64,000 nt of DNA from Blastocladiella emersonii ATCC 22665 (GCA_025594325.1 JANHCV010000013.1:1054001-1118000), one strand, 5' to 3'. Shown: positions 34,845 to 46,228, counted from the stretch's first letter. The notes: generated from the sequence alone by a model not told the origin. Numbers and translations are program-made.

Positions 34845-36600
34845 CACGGCCGCGCCCTCGTACTTGAACCGGTACCCAATAACGCGCAGCCTGGTGATAC
34901 CCGATTCGGTCTTGACAGCCACGGCGAGCTTGTCGCTGTCCACGAGATTCCTTGGCCGAGGCACGTTCCTTGGGATCAGGTCCGTCGGTATGTCACACGC
35001 AACGAGGACCGAGACCTAGAATGCGCTCTGGGTCGGCTCGCGGATGCACCACGAAAAGAGGACCAGGATCGTGATCTCCGTGTTGTTCGAGTTGGCGGGG
35101 ACGCGCAGCGACGCGAGGGTCCCGTTCGCGACGAGGTCCGTCGCGGCCGCCAACGGGTACGCCGCGTACTGCAAGCCGTACAAGTCGACCTCAAACGAAT
35201 TCGAGTTCGCGATTGACAAGACAAATTCCCAGTTGATGCGCAGCGTCGTGGTCGCGGCGTCAACGGCCATTGGACTCCGTCCCGTCCCCGCTGGTAGCGC
35301 CTGCGCGCGCACGAGCGCGAGGGACGGTGCCGTGAACGACGTGATCAAGACGAGCAGGTAGCTGCCGAAGATGATCAGGCCGAGGACGACGAAGACGCAA
35401 GTGCCGCACGCGATCTGTTTCGGGCGCGACGCGGGAACGACGCGCGCGAGCCAACGTGGCAGGTTTCCGGTCGCGACCTTGCCGTGCCCATTGCCAGAAA
35501 ACGAGACCAACGAAACGGCGGCGGCGCTTCCTCTCATCGGGCTCGATGCGAGAGCACTTTAACCGACCGGGCGTTGCTGCGATGGGATGAGCGGATCCAC
35601 GACGAGCGGTTCCGTTGCCAACGGCTCAAGCCAGGGGATCCCAACCCTGAGCGGTTCGGGCGACAGAGTCGCGGCGGCGGGCGCGACGGTGCGCATGCCC
35701 GCCTCGCCCTGCGTGTAGTCGAACGTGACGTGCACCGGTGCACGCGTCGTCGTGCCCGCGCCCTGAACGGCTAAGAAGCGCAAGCTAGAGGTAGAGGCGT
35801 AGATATTGGGTTCGCGTGGCGCTGCCGCAGTTGTCCTCGATATGCGGGTTATGATCAGGGCGATCCGACAGGTCTCAGGCGGCATCGTCAGCGACGCACC
35901 TTCCACGAGCGCGAGCTGAGACGCATTCCGCGTGGCCGGACACTGGTGCAATGTGAGCTCAGCGGTGTACTTTGCGAAGCGATCAAAGCTACCGCTCATG
36001 GCAGCAACTGGCGAGGACGCGCTTGCACTGGCCGCCGCACCGGCAGCCGATGCGGACGATCCAGGAGGTAGCAGCAGCGTCTCGTCCGTGCGCGACCGCG
36101 TCAAGTAGTTATGTTTCATGGCTGGGGATGAAAGAATATTTACATGGTCGTGGAGAGCGCGAGCTAGATCACTCCACGCCCTGAAGTGCAAGAACGGTCG
36201 CACGGGCTTCCGAGTTCGGCAAGCGGGTGGGCGAACGGCGCGCCACACAGCAGGCGTGACCGCGTTGCGCCACTCTCGCGGCGATCATGAAGCGCGCTCG
36301 CTCCTCGGCTGGTCGGGACGGGGATCTCGGCCTTCATACCAGCTGGCGGAGCTGCTTCTGTCGTCGCTGTTGCGCGGGCTAGAAGGCTCACATCGGCGAG
36401 CACCGTGCGGTGCGTGCGATCCGCATCAGAACAGCGATCACAGCTGAGTCCAACGCACCATTTACGAGCAGCGGTGCGCGAGTCTCATCACGCGAGCGAT
36501 CGTATCAGAGCCTCGCACGCGGAGTCTCGCAGTGATGGGTATGCAAAAGGGGTGGTGTATAGATGTACTACTGCTACTGCTACAGCCGCTCTCCTACTCG

Positions 36601-38340
36601 CTAGAACCGGGGCAGCGCGACACCAGGGACCTCGATCTTGGGCAAGTCGACCTTGGGCACCTCGATTCCCACAACGTTCGGCGGCGGCCCGTTGAGTTTC
36701 GGGATGAGCGACCCGACCGTGCCGATCACACTATTCACGATCCCGCCGGCCGCGTCCTGCGCGATCTTATCCAGCCTGACCGGGCACTTGGCGGCCGCGC
36801 TGTCCTGGTGCTTGAACCGGTACCCGATGATCCGGAGCTTATCGACGCCAGTGTCGACCGTGTAGAAGACGGACACCTTATCCCCGTCGACGACATTCGT
36901 CGGTTTCGGCACGTTGCTCGGGATCAGCCCCGGGGGCACGCCGCACGCGACGAGGACCGAGAGCAGGAACGCGTTCTGCGTCGGCTCGCGGATGCGCCAC
37001 GTGAAGAGGACCGGGATCGTGATCTCCGTGTTGTTCGAGTTGGCGGGGACGCGCAGCGACGCGAGGGTCCCGTTCGCGATGAGGTCCGACGGCGAGGTCG
37101 CGGCCGATGACGGGTACGCCGCGTACTGCACGTCGTACAGGTCGACGTCGAATGCATTCGGGTTCGCGACCGAGACCACAAAGTCCCAGTTGACGCGCAG
37201 CGTCGTGGTCGCGGTATCGACGTTGAGCGGGGTCCGCGACGAGCCGGCGGGCGGCGCCTGCGCGCGCAGGAACGCGACCGTCGGTTTCGTGAACGACGTG
37301 ACGAGGACGAGCAGGTAGATGCCGAAGATGAGCAGGCCGAGGACGATGAGCACGCACGCGCCGCACGCGATCTGTTTCGGGCGCGACGCGGGGACCACGC
37401 GCGCGAGCCACGGCGGCAGGCTGGTGCGCGCGGACGCGTCCTTGCCCTTGCCGAAGGATGAGATGGACGCGGCGGCCGTGGTGCTCCCGCCGGCAACACT
37501 GCTCGGTCGCGTCGCGGGCGCCGACGATGCGAGCGCGTTGTACCCGGCCGGGTGCTGCTGCTGTGACGCGGTCGGAAGTTGTTGCGGCAGCGGGTGCTCG
37601 ACGAGCGTGGCGGCGGACGCGTCGAGCGGCTCAGCCGACTGCGCGAAATGGGCCTCGGCAGGCGCCGACGGGATGAAGGTCGGGGTCACGGCGCCCATGT
37701 TGACGGCGAGGTGGTACTGCGACATGAGCGGGCCGGGCGACATGACGTTGTCGGTCGACGACTTGGGCGGCAGCGTAGGAGGAGCGGCGGCGGCGCCGGT
37801 CATGGTGGCGTATGACAGCGCGGGCTCGTTGGGCAGCGGCAGCGGCTGCTCGACGCGCGCACCGCCGGGCTTGATCGTGGCAAACGCCGATGACGAGGAC
37901 GAGGACATGAACCCGCCCGTGTTACCGAGCGAGGCGGCGGCGGAAGGCGCGCGCGACGAGGCGCCCGCGAGACGCGGCGGGTGTGCGGCGACGAGCGACG
38001 CGACGTCGACCTCGGCGACGAGTGGCGCCGTCTCGCTCGCGTTGGTGCCCGTGCGGCGCGGCGCAGTCGGAACGCGCGCTGCCGTGGTAGCAGTAGGCGA
38101 GTCGAAGCGGCGCGCGGTGATGGTGGCGGCGCTCGCGTAGAGCGAGGTCACGTCGTCGTCGCTCTCGCCGCCGTCCTCGTCCTCGGGGCCTCTTGGGACC
38201 GCAGTGCTGGCGAGGCGGCTCGGCGGCAGGACGGGTGGCGGTGCGGCGCCGAGCGAGGGCAGCCGCGGCGGGGACGCCGTAGATGGTGGCGATGAAGTGT
38301 CGGTATCCATGGTAGTCGTTGCAAGGGGTGCGAGATGCAT
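36601..38340 (-). CDS. Type II membrane protein with LEA_2-like domain, paralog A, ~579 aa
   Basis: Long P/S/A-rich N-terminus, one TM helix (CVLIVLGLLIFGIYLLVLV), then KPTV..VSVANPNAFDVDLYDVQY..IANGTLASLRVPANS..ITIPV, the LEA_2 pattern. Confidence 0.85.
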   Translation of the reverse strand: MHLAPLATTTMDTDTSSPPSTASPPRLPSLGAAPPPVLPPSRLASTAVPRGPEDEDGGESDDDVTSLYASAATITARRFDSPTATTAARVPTAPRRTGTNASETAPLVAEVDVASLVAAHPPRLAGASSRAPSAAASLGNTGGFMSSSSSSAFATIKPGGARVEQPLPLPNEPALSYATMTGAAAAPPTLPPKSSTDNVMSPGPLMSQYHLAVNMGAVTPTFIPSAPAEAHFAQSAEPLDASAATLVEHPLPQQLPTASQQQHPAGYNALASSAPATRPSSVAGGSTTAAASISSFGKGKDASARTSLPPWLARVVPASRPKQIACGACVLIVLGLLIFGIYLLVLVTSFTKPTVAFLRAQAPPAGSSRTPLNVDTATTTLRVNWDFVVSVANPNAFDVDLYDVQYAAYPSSAATSPSDLIANGTLASLRVPANSNNTEITIPVLFTWRIREPTQNAFLLSVLVACGVPPGLIPSNVPKPTNVVDGDKVSVFYTVDTGVDKLRIIGYRFKHQDSAAAKCPVRLDKIAQDAAGGIVNSVIGTVGSLIPKLNGPPPNVVGIEVPKVDLPKIEVPGVALPRF

Positions 38341-40234
38341 CCGAGACCCGCTGCGGGCCGTCTCCGAGGGGAGAGAGGGGGGGGCGGGAGCGCGCAACGG
38401 TCGGCGGCGGTCGTTCTCGAGTGGCGCCTTCCACGGTGGGAAAGCCGCCTGCCACGTCGCGGGAACGCCTGTTCTGGAACGCCCACGAGGGAACCCGACG
38501 CGCCCCGAAGCTGAAACTGCATCACCGGGCGCATCACGCTCTTCCACTGCTCCAATACGACGCGCCGTTCGAAAGGGAGCGACGCGCCCACGCTCTCAGC
38601 TCCGCGATGTGTGAGCTCCCCTGTACTCGTGCGCGGCAGTGCGGGCGAGAGCGCGTCTGCCCTGGACACAACCCAGGGTGGGCGGTCTTCCCTCTCGGTG
38701 AAGCAGAGTCCTCGCCGGCACGAGCCCCCAGATCGACTCAGGACCGAGCACAGGCGAGCCCGCGATGGCGTGCCTCGCCGATCCCCCTTTACCCAAGCGC
38801 TCGCTCTCACGAAGCAAATCCGAACTCCTCACCCTTTGCCGTCAACTTCCGCTCCCAGAGCGGCCGGTTTGACACGCGCCGAGATCCAGTGCCTCGGCGA
38901 CCCGAGCGACGCCGCGCGCGTGGCCCGCGTGCGCTACCTCGCACAGCAGACTCGTCTCGCTGTTTGTAGCGTGGGACGTTCGAGGAATCACGCGGATCGC
39001 GATCCACGGACAGTTGGCGCCGGCCTTCGCGATCCGTGAGCGTAGAGCCAGAACGCGGGAAGGGCGCTGAGGTCGCGGGCTGCCTCGTGAGGCTCAACGG
39101 CGACGCCCCATGCCCGCGCGTGTCCACTCGCTCGCCTTCGTGTGCCCGCCGTTCCCCGCTGCAATGGACGCGGGGAAGTCAAGCGTGATTCGCACTGGAG
39201 CGAGCTAGGCGCGGGCGACTTCGACTCGCGAGTCGGCGACTGCATCGACGTTTACAAACACCTCGAGTGCGCCAAAGACTGCTTCTACCCTCGCGACTGA
39301 CGCCAAGTCGTCGCCGCCCGACCTGCTAGCGACTCTCTGCCGCCGCCGAGTTCATTCCGCCACGGCCAAGCTGCACGCTCGCGAGTTCGACGCGTTCAAT
39401 AAGCCCGCTTTCGCGTCCGCGACGGTTTCCGCCCAACCGCCTGCCGCGCTTGCAGACAGCGACCACGCCGCGCACCTCTCGCCGGCGATAGATGCGTTTG
39501 ATGCAGTCAGTGGTGCGGCGCTGGTACTGCGGGACCGCAGCGAGTTGTAGTACCTCCCGTGAGAGCGGATGTGCGGAATGATGGATAGAAAGGACGGCGA
39601 TTGGATCGTTGCATCGAGCGAGAACCGTACATCTCTTGCATTGTGAGTTCAGCGAGCTGGGCGCGCCGCGACGCAGGTCGCGACCCATCCGTGTGCTGCA
39701 GCGTTGCGCTCTTGTCAGTCGCTCGCTGCAACGCAGCGCGAGAGGTTGCGGAATGGAGAACCTATAATCGACGCAGCATCGTGTGAAGCCGACAGCGGCG
39801 CGCAGCAGTGTCCTGCGGCGATCGAGCCCACCACTCTTGCGTACAGCGCGACGGAGACTCACGTCACGGCCGCCCTTACCCTCACGCGACACGCAACATG
39901 ATGCTTCGAGTCCGTTGCACCAAGTGCAGCATGCGCTACATCCCGCGATCAGCGTCCACGCCGAGCCGCCCTGAACCGCGCAGAGGCGGCGCTCAGGGGA
40001 CCGACCGCGATCCGGTGCCATGGTGGCCCGCGTGGGCTCACCTCGGAGACGAGGCGAGGGAGCGCCGCCCTTGATCCTCTTGTGCGCGCTCGCCGGGCGA
40101 TCCGCGCTCTCCGCGTCGACCGACCTCTGCTGCTTCAGCTCGAGTCGTTTCACGCAACGTCCGCATCACCAACCGCACCGCCCACCAGCGCGCAATCTCA
40201 CCCTGCCTCCCGCCGCGTAGCCGATCCCTTCACC

Positions 40235-41203
40235 ATGTCCAACTTCCGCACCGTGGAGCGCCGCGTCGGCGAGATCCCCGTCGCACTCCGTACATCAGGC
40301 GACCCGAGCATGCCGCCGGCGATCTGGGCCCGCGATTGCCTGCCCGACGCGGAGCGCGGGTACCAGCCGTACGCCGTCGCGCTGGACGTGCCATGGAACG
40401 GCGCCGTCGCCGGCCCCACCGGCGTGCAGTGCCAGTCGGACCTCGACGACCCCGAGCGCGCGGCGCGGCTGCGCGCCGACAGCGTGCCCGTCTCGCGCGG
40501 CGGGCTCGTCGCGCTCGAGTTCTACTGGAACCGGCGCGGGTTCACGCGGATCACGTATAACGGCATGTCGTCTGCGCGACCCACGGCCGAGTATGCCTGG
40601 AAGCAGGCCGAGGACAACGAGGTGCGCGATTGCCGCCTCGCCAAGCTCGAGGGCGTCGCGTCGGTGCCCGCCGTCTACGAGCTCACGTTCGTGTGCCCGC
40701 CGTTCAACGCCGCGGGGCGCACGCTGACGCCGACGATGTTTGGGCCGGCGACTACTACGTCTACTTCATCCACCACCACGTCGGCGACGGCCGCTCCCAC
40801 GACGCGTGCGACGGCTACCTCGACTACGGCCACTACGACCAGCCCGCCGTCATCCACTCCGACTCCCGCCGCCGCCGACTCCAAGTCGCAGCCGCCCGAC
40901 CCGTCCACAACCTCCTCGTCTCCCGCCGCCGTGTACGCCGGCATCGGCGCCGCGATCCTCTTCGCGTTCGCGCTCCTCGCCGTCGTCATGTACCGCCGCG
41001 GCGCGCGCGCCGCCGAGGCCAAGCTTCGCGACAGCAACCCCACCACGCACACGCGCGGCTTCCCACCCAAGGCCGTGACGGTTCCCGCCCCGCCGCCCGC
41101 TGCGCTCGCCGACAAGGACGACTACGTCGTGTACCTCCCGCCGGCGAAGGGCGGCGCGGCAACGGTGCCGCGGGATCGCGGCGAGACGCTGTACCTGCCC
41201 TGA
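40235..41203 (+). CDS. Single-pass membrane protein A: Cys-containing ectodomain, S/T stalk, TM, YLP-motif tail
   Basis: Ectodomain is homologous to 41795-42691 (SRGGLV.LE..WN.RGFTR..YNG, WKQ, CRLA, F.CPPF, PTMFG). TM YAGIGAAILFAFALLAVVMY. Tail contains VYLPP and LYLP. An upstream signal-peptide exon is possible (AG acceptor at 40219-40220). Confidence 0.8.
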   Translation: MSNFRTVERRVGEIPVALRTSGDPSMPPAIWARDCLPDAERGYQPYAVALDVPWNGAVAGPTGVQCQSDLDDPERAARLRADSVPVSRGGLVALEFYWNRRGFTRITYNGMSSARPTAEYAWKQAEDNEVRDCRLAKLEGVASVPAVYELTFVCPPFNAAGRTLTPTMFGPATTTSTSSTTTSATAAPTTRATATSTTATTTSPPSSTPTPAAADSKSQPPDPSTTSSSPAAVYAGIGAAILFAFALLAVVMYRRGARAAEAKLRDSNPTTHTRGFPPKAVTVPAPPPAALADKDDYVVYLPPAKGGAATVPRDRGETLYLP

Positions 41204-41794
41204 GCGGAGCGAGTAGAATAGAATAGACGATGTTACTGGTCACCCGACTTTGTGCACTCCCCGCGGACCGCGTTTGGTGACACGGACAGCGTATATCCCT
41301 CGCGCTCCGACACGGCGAGCTGACGGCGAGCAACGCCCGAGCGGCGCAGCCAGCGAGCTGTCACGGGGGGAGCTTTCGCGCCGCGCAGGTCGCGGAGACG
41401 CGCGTGAGGCTGCCCAGCCCTCCTCGCCTGCGCGGGGCGGACACGGAACAAGTGCTTCATGCGCTACATGTATATTCGTCGGCGGCCACGCCGAGTCTCG
41501 GGGAGGGCGCGCGCTCGAGTCGAGCGGCGTGGCCGGCGCCCCGCGCTCCTCGAGCACGCCTGCTAGACGCCGCCGTCGCAGTGCGCTCCCCGAACGAGGG
41601 AGCGGATGGCCGCGATCGACATGGAAAGCAAATGAAGTAGCTGCAACGCGCCGTGCTCGCCGCCTCGAGTTGAACGATGCGCGCCGTGGGCCGTGTCGGG
41701 GAGCTGTCCGCGCGGCTTGCACGCTCGCCCGCGACGTCAGCTGGACCATGAACCGCGTCTCTCATCCCTCCTGCTCTTGTAGCCGCACCCGATC

Positions 41795-42691
41795 ATGCCG
41801 AGGCTAGATACCGTGCAGCGCCGCGTGGGCATGGTCACGCCTGGCGACGGCGGCAGGGAAAGTGGCGTCGCGACCGAGGGCTGCGTTGGAGGCAACCCGT
41901 TCGTCGTCGGCCTCGACCTGCGCTTCCAGCTTGGCGGCAAGACTGAGGAGAGCAAAACCGTGCTCTGGCCCGTGTGCACCGCCTACCTCGACGACAAGGA
42001 GAAAATGGCGCGCTTCCACCCGGGCATCGCCACCTCGCGCGGCGGCCTCGTCTCGCTCGAGCTCGACTGGAACGAGCGCGGATTCACCCGCGTCGCCTAC
42101 AACGGCCAGTCCTACGGCACGCCCGGCCCCATCACCTGGAAGCAGGACAGCGAGGCCGACCTCGCCAAGTGCCGCCTCGCTTCGCTCACGTTTGTCACCG
42201 CGCAGGCGAACCAGGTCGACCTCGGCTTCGCGTGCCCGCCGTTCCCCGCCGCGCTCGAGGCGCTGCAGCCCACCATGTTCGGATCGACGACCCCCGTTGC
42301 ACTGTACGCCGGGATCGGCGCCGCGGTGCTTCTCGTCGGTGCGCTCGCTGTCGTCCGGCACCGCCGCAGCGCCCGCGCCGCCGGGGCCAAGCGTGATTCT
42401 GACGTGCCGATCAAGCCCTCGTCCCCTGCTGCTATCGCCACTTCACCCGCTGCCGCGCCCACCGCCAAAGAGGTGCTGTACCTCCCGCCCGAGCCGCGGC
42501 CGCCCGAAATCATCATCGCCGTGCCCACGCTGCCGCGCGACGGGACCGACGCCGAGCTCGCCGACAAGGTGTACTACTTGCCCACCGCGGCGGCCGCGGA
42601 GCGGCGCGAACCCGCCGCCGTGGCTGTTAATCTCAGCGAGGAGCTGTATCTGCCCAGAGAATTAAGCGAGTGCGTGGAACGAATAAACTAG
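41795..42691 (+). CDS. Single-pass membrane protein B, tandem paralog of A without the S/T stalk
   Basis: Same ectodomain motifs. TM YAGIGAAVLLVGALAVV. Tail contains LYLPP, YYLPT and LYLPR. Confidence 0.8.
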   Translation: MPRLDTVQRRVGMVTPGDGGRESGVATEGCVGGNPFVVGLDLRFQLGGKTEESKTVLWPVCTAYLDDKEKMARFHPGIATSRGGLVSLELDWNERGFTRVAYNGQSYGTPGPITWKQDSEADLAKCRLASLTFVTAQANQVDLGFACPPFPAALEALQPTMFGSTTPVALYAGIGAAVLLVGALAVVRHRRSARAAGAKRDSDVPIKPSSPAAIATSPAAAPTAKEVLYLPPEPRPPEIIIAVPTLPRDGTDAELADKVYYLPTAAAAERREPAAVAVNLSEELYLPRELSECVERIN

Positions 42692-43185
42692 AAGGCGTTT
42701 CAACCAAGCAAACAACTTTAATTCATCAAGGCGATGCTGTGTCGTGCTTGCGGAGGGAACCAAGCGGGACGCGGGCAGGACCAACCCACGACTTGCGTCA
42801 GACGGCGCGTGTCTGCGCCGCGACGACTCGGGATGCATCAGCTGTTGTGGCGCAGAGAGTCGTCGAAGGCGCTCCCCTCTTCGCCTCTCCTCCAGACGCC
42901 GAGCGTGACGGCGACGCTCATTAAACCGCTATCGTACTCTTGGGACACATCACTGGCACAAGCGGTGCTTGAGGCGAATCGCTCAAAGCGGCGGTGCAAG
43001 TCGCGGCGCGGAGAACATTCCACGTGAGTGGCGCAACGCGACCCTCAGTCTCTCTATTGACGCGAGGATGAAATCACATGTAAGATCTGCGGTACAGTAT
43101 TTATTCGAGTTCAGAAAGTTATTAACACAACAAATTCATAGCAAAGCTCAAACGGCATCAATAACGGAGAACACGAGCGCATCGA

Positions 43186-44535
43186 TCACGCTTGCTGCTG
43201 GCTTTCGAGACCCGAGTCGCGCCACCACTGCGCGATCCGATGGAATCCGAGCTTGAGCGCAAAGTCTTGAGCGCAGCGGACGTGGTTCCGTCCGAGCTTG
43301 AGCGGAATGCCCGAGTCGAGCCACCACCAGAGGCGCGCGAGGACTTTTTCCTCATCGTCGTCCTGCTCCACGATTGACCAGCCAAGCGGACAGGTGAGCT
43401 GATCCCGCGGAATGGTGGCGCGGAACCAGTCGAGGACCGAAATCAAGTTGTGCTTGCTCGCGTAGCCGACCATGTATGCCCAGAAATCGTCATAGGAAAG
43501 CCTGTCCTGCGCAGACGCGGGCCCATAAGAGCGAAGGGAAGGAACTTTGCCCGCTTCAGCAACGCTGTCGTCTCTGGCATCGCTGGCGTTTAAGTCGACA
43601 ACACGGCTTGCGTCATAGCCGTAATCGCCCAAGTCGGCAGCGCTCTGGATCGCGTCCACCCCGTACTCCTTGCTGCTACGCTTCAGCTGATTGCCGCGGT
43701 CAAGCCAAATCGTAGGAATCGTGTGGTAGATCCAAGCGAAAAAGTCAAGCTCCTCGTTCTCCATTGCGTTCCGCACTTGATCGACCCAGTCTGCGCCGTC
43801 CACGGCATACTCGTAATCGGGCAACGTATCGGCACATTCGGTGAGCACTTTGACGCGTCGGTGCTCGATCGCATCGTACGCCAACGGGTACCGGTCCCCG
43901 TCATCGGTGTGGTGGTCGACGTTCAACTTGAGTAGATGCTGAAGCATTTCAACGTCCTCGTCGTCGCAAGCCCGGAAGAACGGATCGTATAGGCAGAAAT
44001 CGATTTCGAGACCGGCGCGGGCCCACCAATCGATAACGTGGAGATGGCGGTTGGCAATGGCGTTTTCGAGCCCATCCGACGTGTAATCCCGCTCGAGGCC
44101 GTGTGCTTTAAACCAGTCGAGAACGTTGACGTGGCCGTGCGACGAGGCCAAGTCCATGAAGAGCGGGGAAGTGGGAACAAGGAGACTCGCCTTGTCCCAC
44201 TCGTCCAAGAGGTCGACACGACCAGCCGCGCAGAGCAGAGCAAGTTAAAAGGTTGCCTCGTCGCTGTCCTCCTCCAACGGTAAAACATCGCGAAGGTTGA
44301 AAAGAGTTTCCCAAATTGTTGCATCGTACTTGTTGAGAAGCTTCCACATGCGGGGGTGCACCGAGTGCTGAAAAACGACGCGTTTGAGCTGCGAAAGTCC
44401 GGGAGCGACCCGAAGCAGCGGGAGCGGGTCGACACCCTTGGGGTCGAGGAGGATGACCTCGGCAAGGATAAGCTCAATGACCTCGATGGGAATTCGTTGC
44501 ATGGAGTTTGATTCTAGTAATGCATTGGGTTCCAT
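43186..44535 (-). pseudogene. F-box-like + ankyrin-like repeat family member B, single nonsense codon
   Basis: MQRIPIEVIELIL N-terminus. In-frame TAA at 44245-44247 where the paralog has Tyr (FYLSLLC). Ankyrin-like MDLASSHGHVNVLDWF and AIANRHLHVIDWW. Confidence 0.85.
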
Positions 44536-44959
44536 GATTTTGAGAGGACGCGCGGGAGTGCAGGCGTGAAGCGAGGATTCATCTCGCGTGGCTTGCACTG
44601 TCTCGCAAAGGCCGTCACGACCCCTCACATGATTGTTCGTCGCGTCTCACATTTCGCGTCTCGCGCGAACAGCGCAACACGTAGACCTGCCTTTCGCTTC
44701 GAGGTGCCGAATGAGCTCGGGCAGCGTTCGCGTCCGCAACCGCGAAACATCTCTAGCTGGCGCAAGTTCACGCTGTCCTAGCGTGTTGCCGCACGCATTC
44801 ATTAGCGTTGCCGAAGTGCCGCTGGTTTGCCAAAAAGACAAGGGCAAAAACTGATTCCAGATTCGGCGACTGTATTCATTGGAGCTCTCGATCATGTCAA
44901 CTCGATAAACTGATGCCGTAGCTCAGCCAACTCGCACTGAGGGAGCACGAGCGCACTGA

Positions 44960-46228
44960 TTACGCTTGCTGCTGGCTTTCGAGACCCGAGTCGCGCCACC
45001 ACTGCGCGATCCGATGGAGTCCAAGCTTGAGCGCAAAGTCTTCGGCGCAGCGGACGTGGTTCCGTCCGAGCCTGAGCGGGACGCCCGAGTCGAGCCACCA
45101 CTGGAGCCGCACAAGCGCCGCATCCTCGTCGTCGTCCTGCTCCACGATTGACCAGCCAAGCGGACACGCGAACTCGTTGGGTTGCAGCGTCGTGAGAAAC
45201 CATTCGAGCACTTCGACCCAGTTGCGTTTGCTCGCGTAGCCGATCATGTAAGTCCAGAAGCGGTTGTCGCTTTCAGCGTCACTGTATCTCGGGTGAGAGG
45301 CATAGTCGTAGTCGTAATCCCCCGAATCGGCGGCGCTCTGGACGGAGACCACGCCGTAATCACGGCCGTTGCTTTTGAACGTGCTAGAAGGGTCGAGTCG
45401 GTCCTTGGGAACATTGTGATAGATCCAGGAAAGCAAGGCAAGCTCTTCCTTTTCCATCGCGTCCTGCACAAGTTTGACCCACTCCGTTTCGTACAGGGCG
45501 TGGTCGTAGTCGGGCAACAGCTTGGCGCACTCGTAGAGAACCTTGAGTCGCTTGCCTTCGAGCGCCTCGCGCATCATGCGGTAGACGTAGCCGTCCATGG
45601 ACCAGTGGTTAACATTCAATTTGACGAGGTGTTGAAGGATTTCAATGTCCTCCTCGTCGATTGCGCGAGAGAATACATCAACCTGGGCATCGGCCTTGAA
45701 CTTGAGACGTTGGCGGACCCACCAATCAAGAACGTCAAGATTCCGCGCGCTCACGGCCTTTTCGATGGCAGCCCACGTGAAGCGCTGCGCGAGGCGGTGC
45801 ACGAAGAGCCAGTTGAGGACGTCGACGTGGCCGTGCGCCGAAGCCAAATCCATGTAGCGCGACGAGCACGGAAACCCAAGTAGCTGGTCGGCCCACTTGA
45901 CCAGTAGATCGACGCAGCCGTTGGCGCATAGCAGCGAAAGGTAGAACTCGGCCTCCTTGTCATTCAAGGACAGCGCATCGCGATGATGGATGAGGACGTC
46001 CCGGATCAGTTCGTCGTCCTCGTCGTGGAGAAGCTTCCACATTCGGTCATGCAAAGAGTGCTGGAACACAACGCGCTTGAGCTCCGAAAGTCCAGGAGCG
46101 ACGCGGAGCAGCGGAAGCGGGTCGACGCCTTGTGGATCAAGCAGGACGGCCTGAACCAGAATTTGCTCGACGATCTCGATCGGAATTCGTTGCATGATGT
46201 GTGATTTTGTTATAACATCAGGTTTCAT
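44960..46228 (-). CDS. F-box-like + ankyrin-like repeat family member C, intact, ~422 aa
   Basis: MQRIPIEIVEQILV, MDLASAHGHVDVLNWL, AVSARNLDVLDWW, and conserved C-terminus GYASKRN..CPLGWS..WWLDSGVPL.LGRNH. No disruption. Confidence 0.88.
   Translation of the reverse strand: MKPDVITKSHIMQRIPIEIVEQILVQAVLLDPQGVDPLPLLRVAPGLSELKRVVFQHSLHDRMWKLLHDEDDELIRDVLIHHRDALSLNDKEAEFYLSLLCANGCVDLLVKWADQLLGFPCSSRYMDLASAHGHVDVLNWLFVHRLAQRFTWAAIEKAVSARNLDVLDWWVRQRLKFKADAQVDVFSRAIDEEDIEILQHLVKLNVNHWSMDGYVYRMMREALEGKRLKVLYECAKLLPDYDHALYETEWVKLVQDAMEKEELALLSWIYHNVPKDRLDPSSTFKSNGRDYGVVSVQSAADSGDYDYDYASHPRYSDAESDNRFWTYMIGYASKRNWVEVLEWFLTTLQPNEFACPLGWSIVEQDDDEDAALVRLQWWLDSGVPLRLGRNHVRCAEDFALKLGLHRIAQWWRDSGLESQQQA

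Larger units (their letters stand above)
29130..36119 (-). pseudogene. LEA_2-domain membrane protein, paralog B, interrupted by the gypsy element and a nonsense codon
   Basis: 35016-35537 and 34850-35015 are colinear with paralog A. TAA at 35559-35561 lies where A has TAC. Removing the element and one CACGG copy restores FKYEGAAVVKRPVR (paralog A: FKHQDSAAAKCPVR). Confidence 0.85.
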
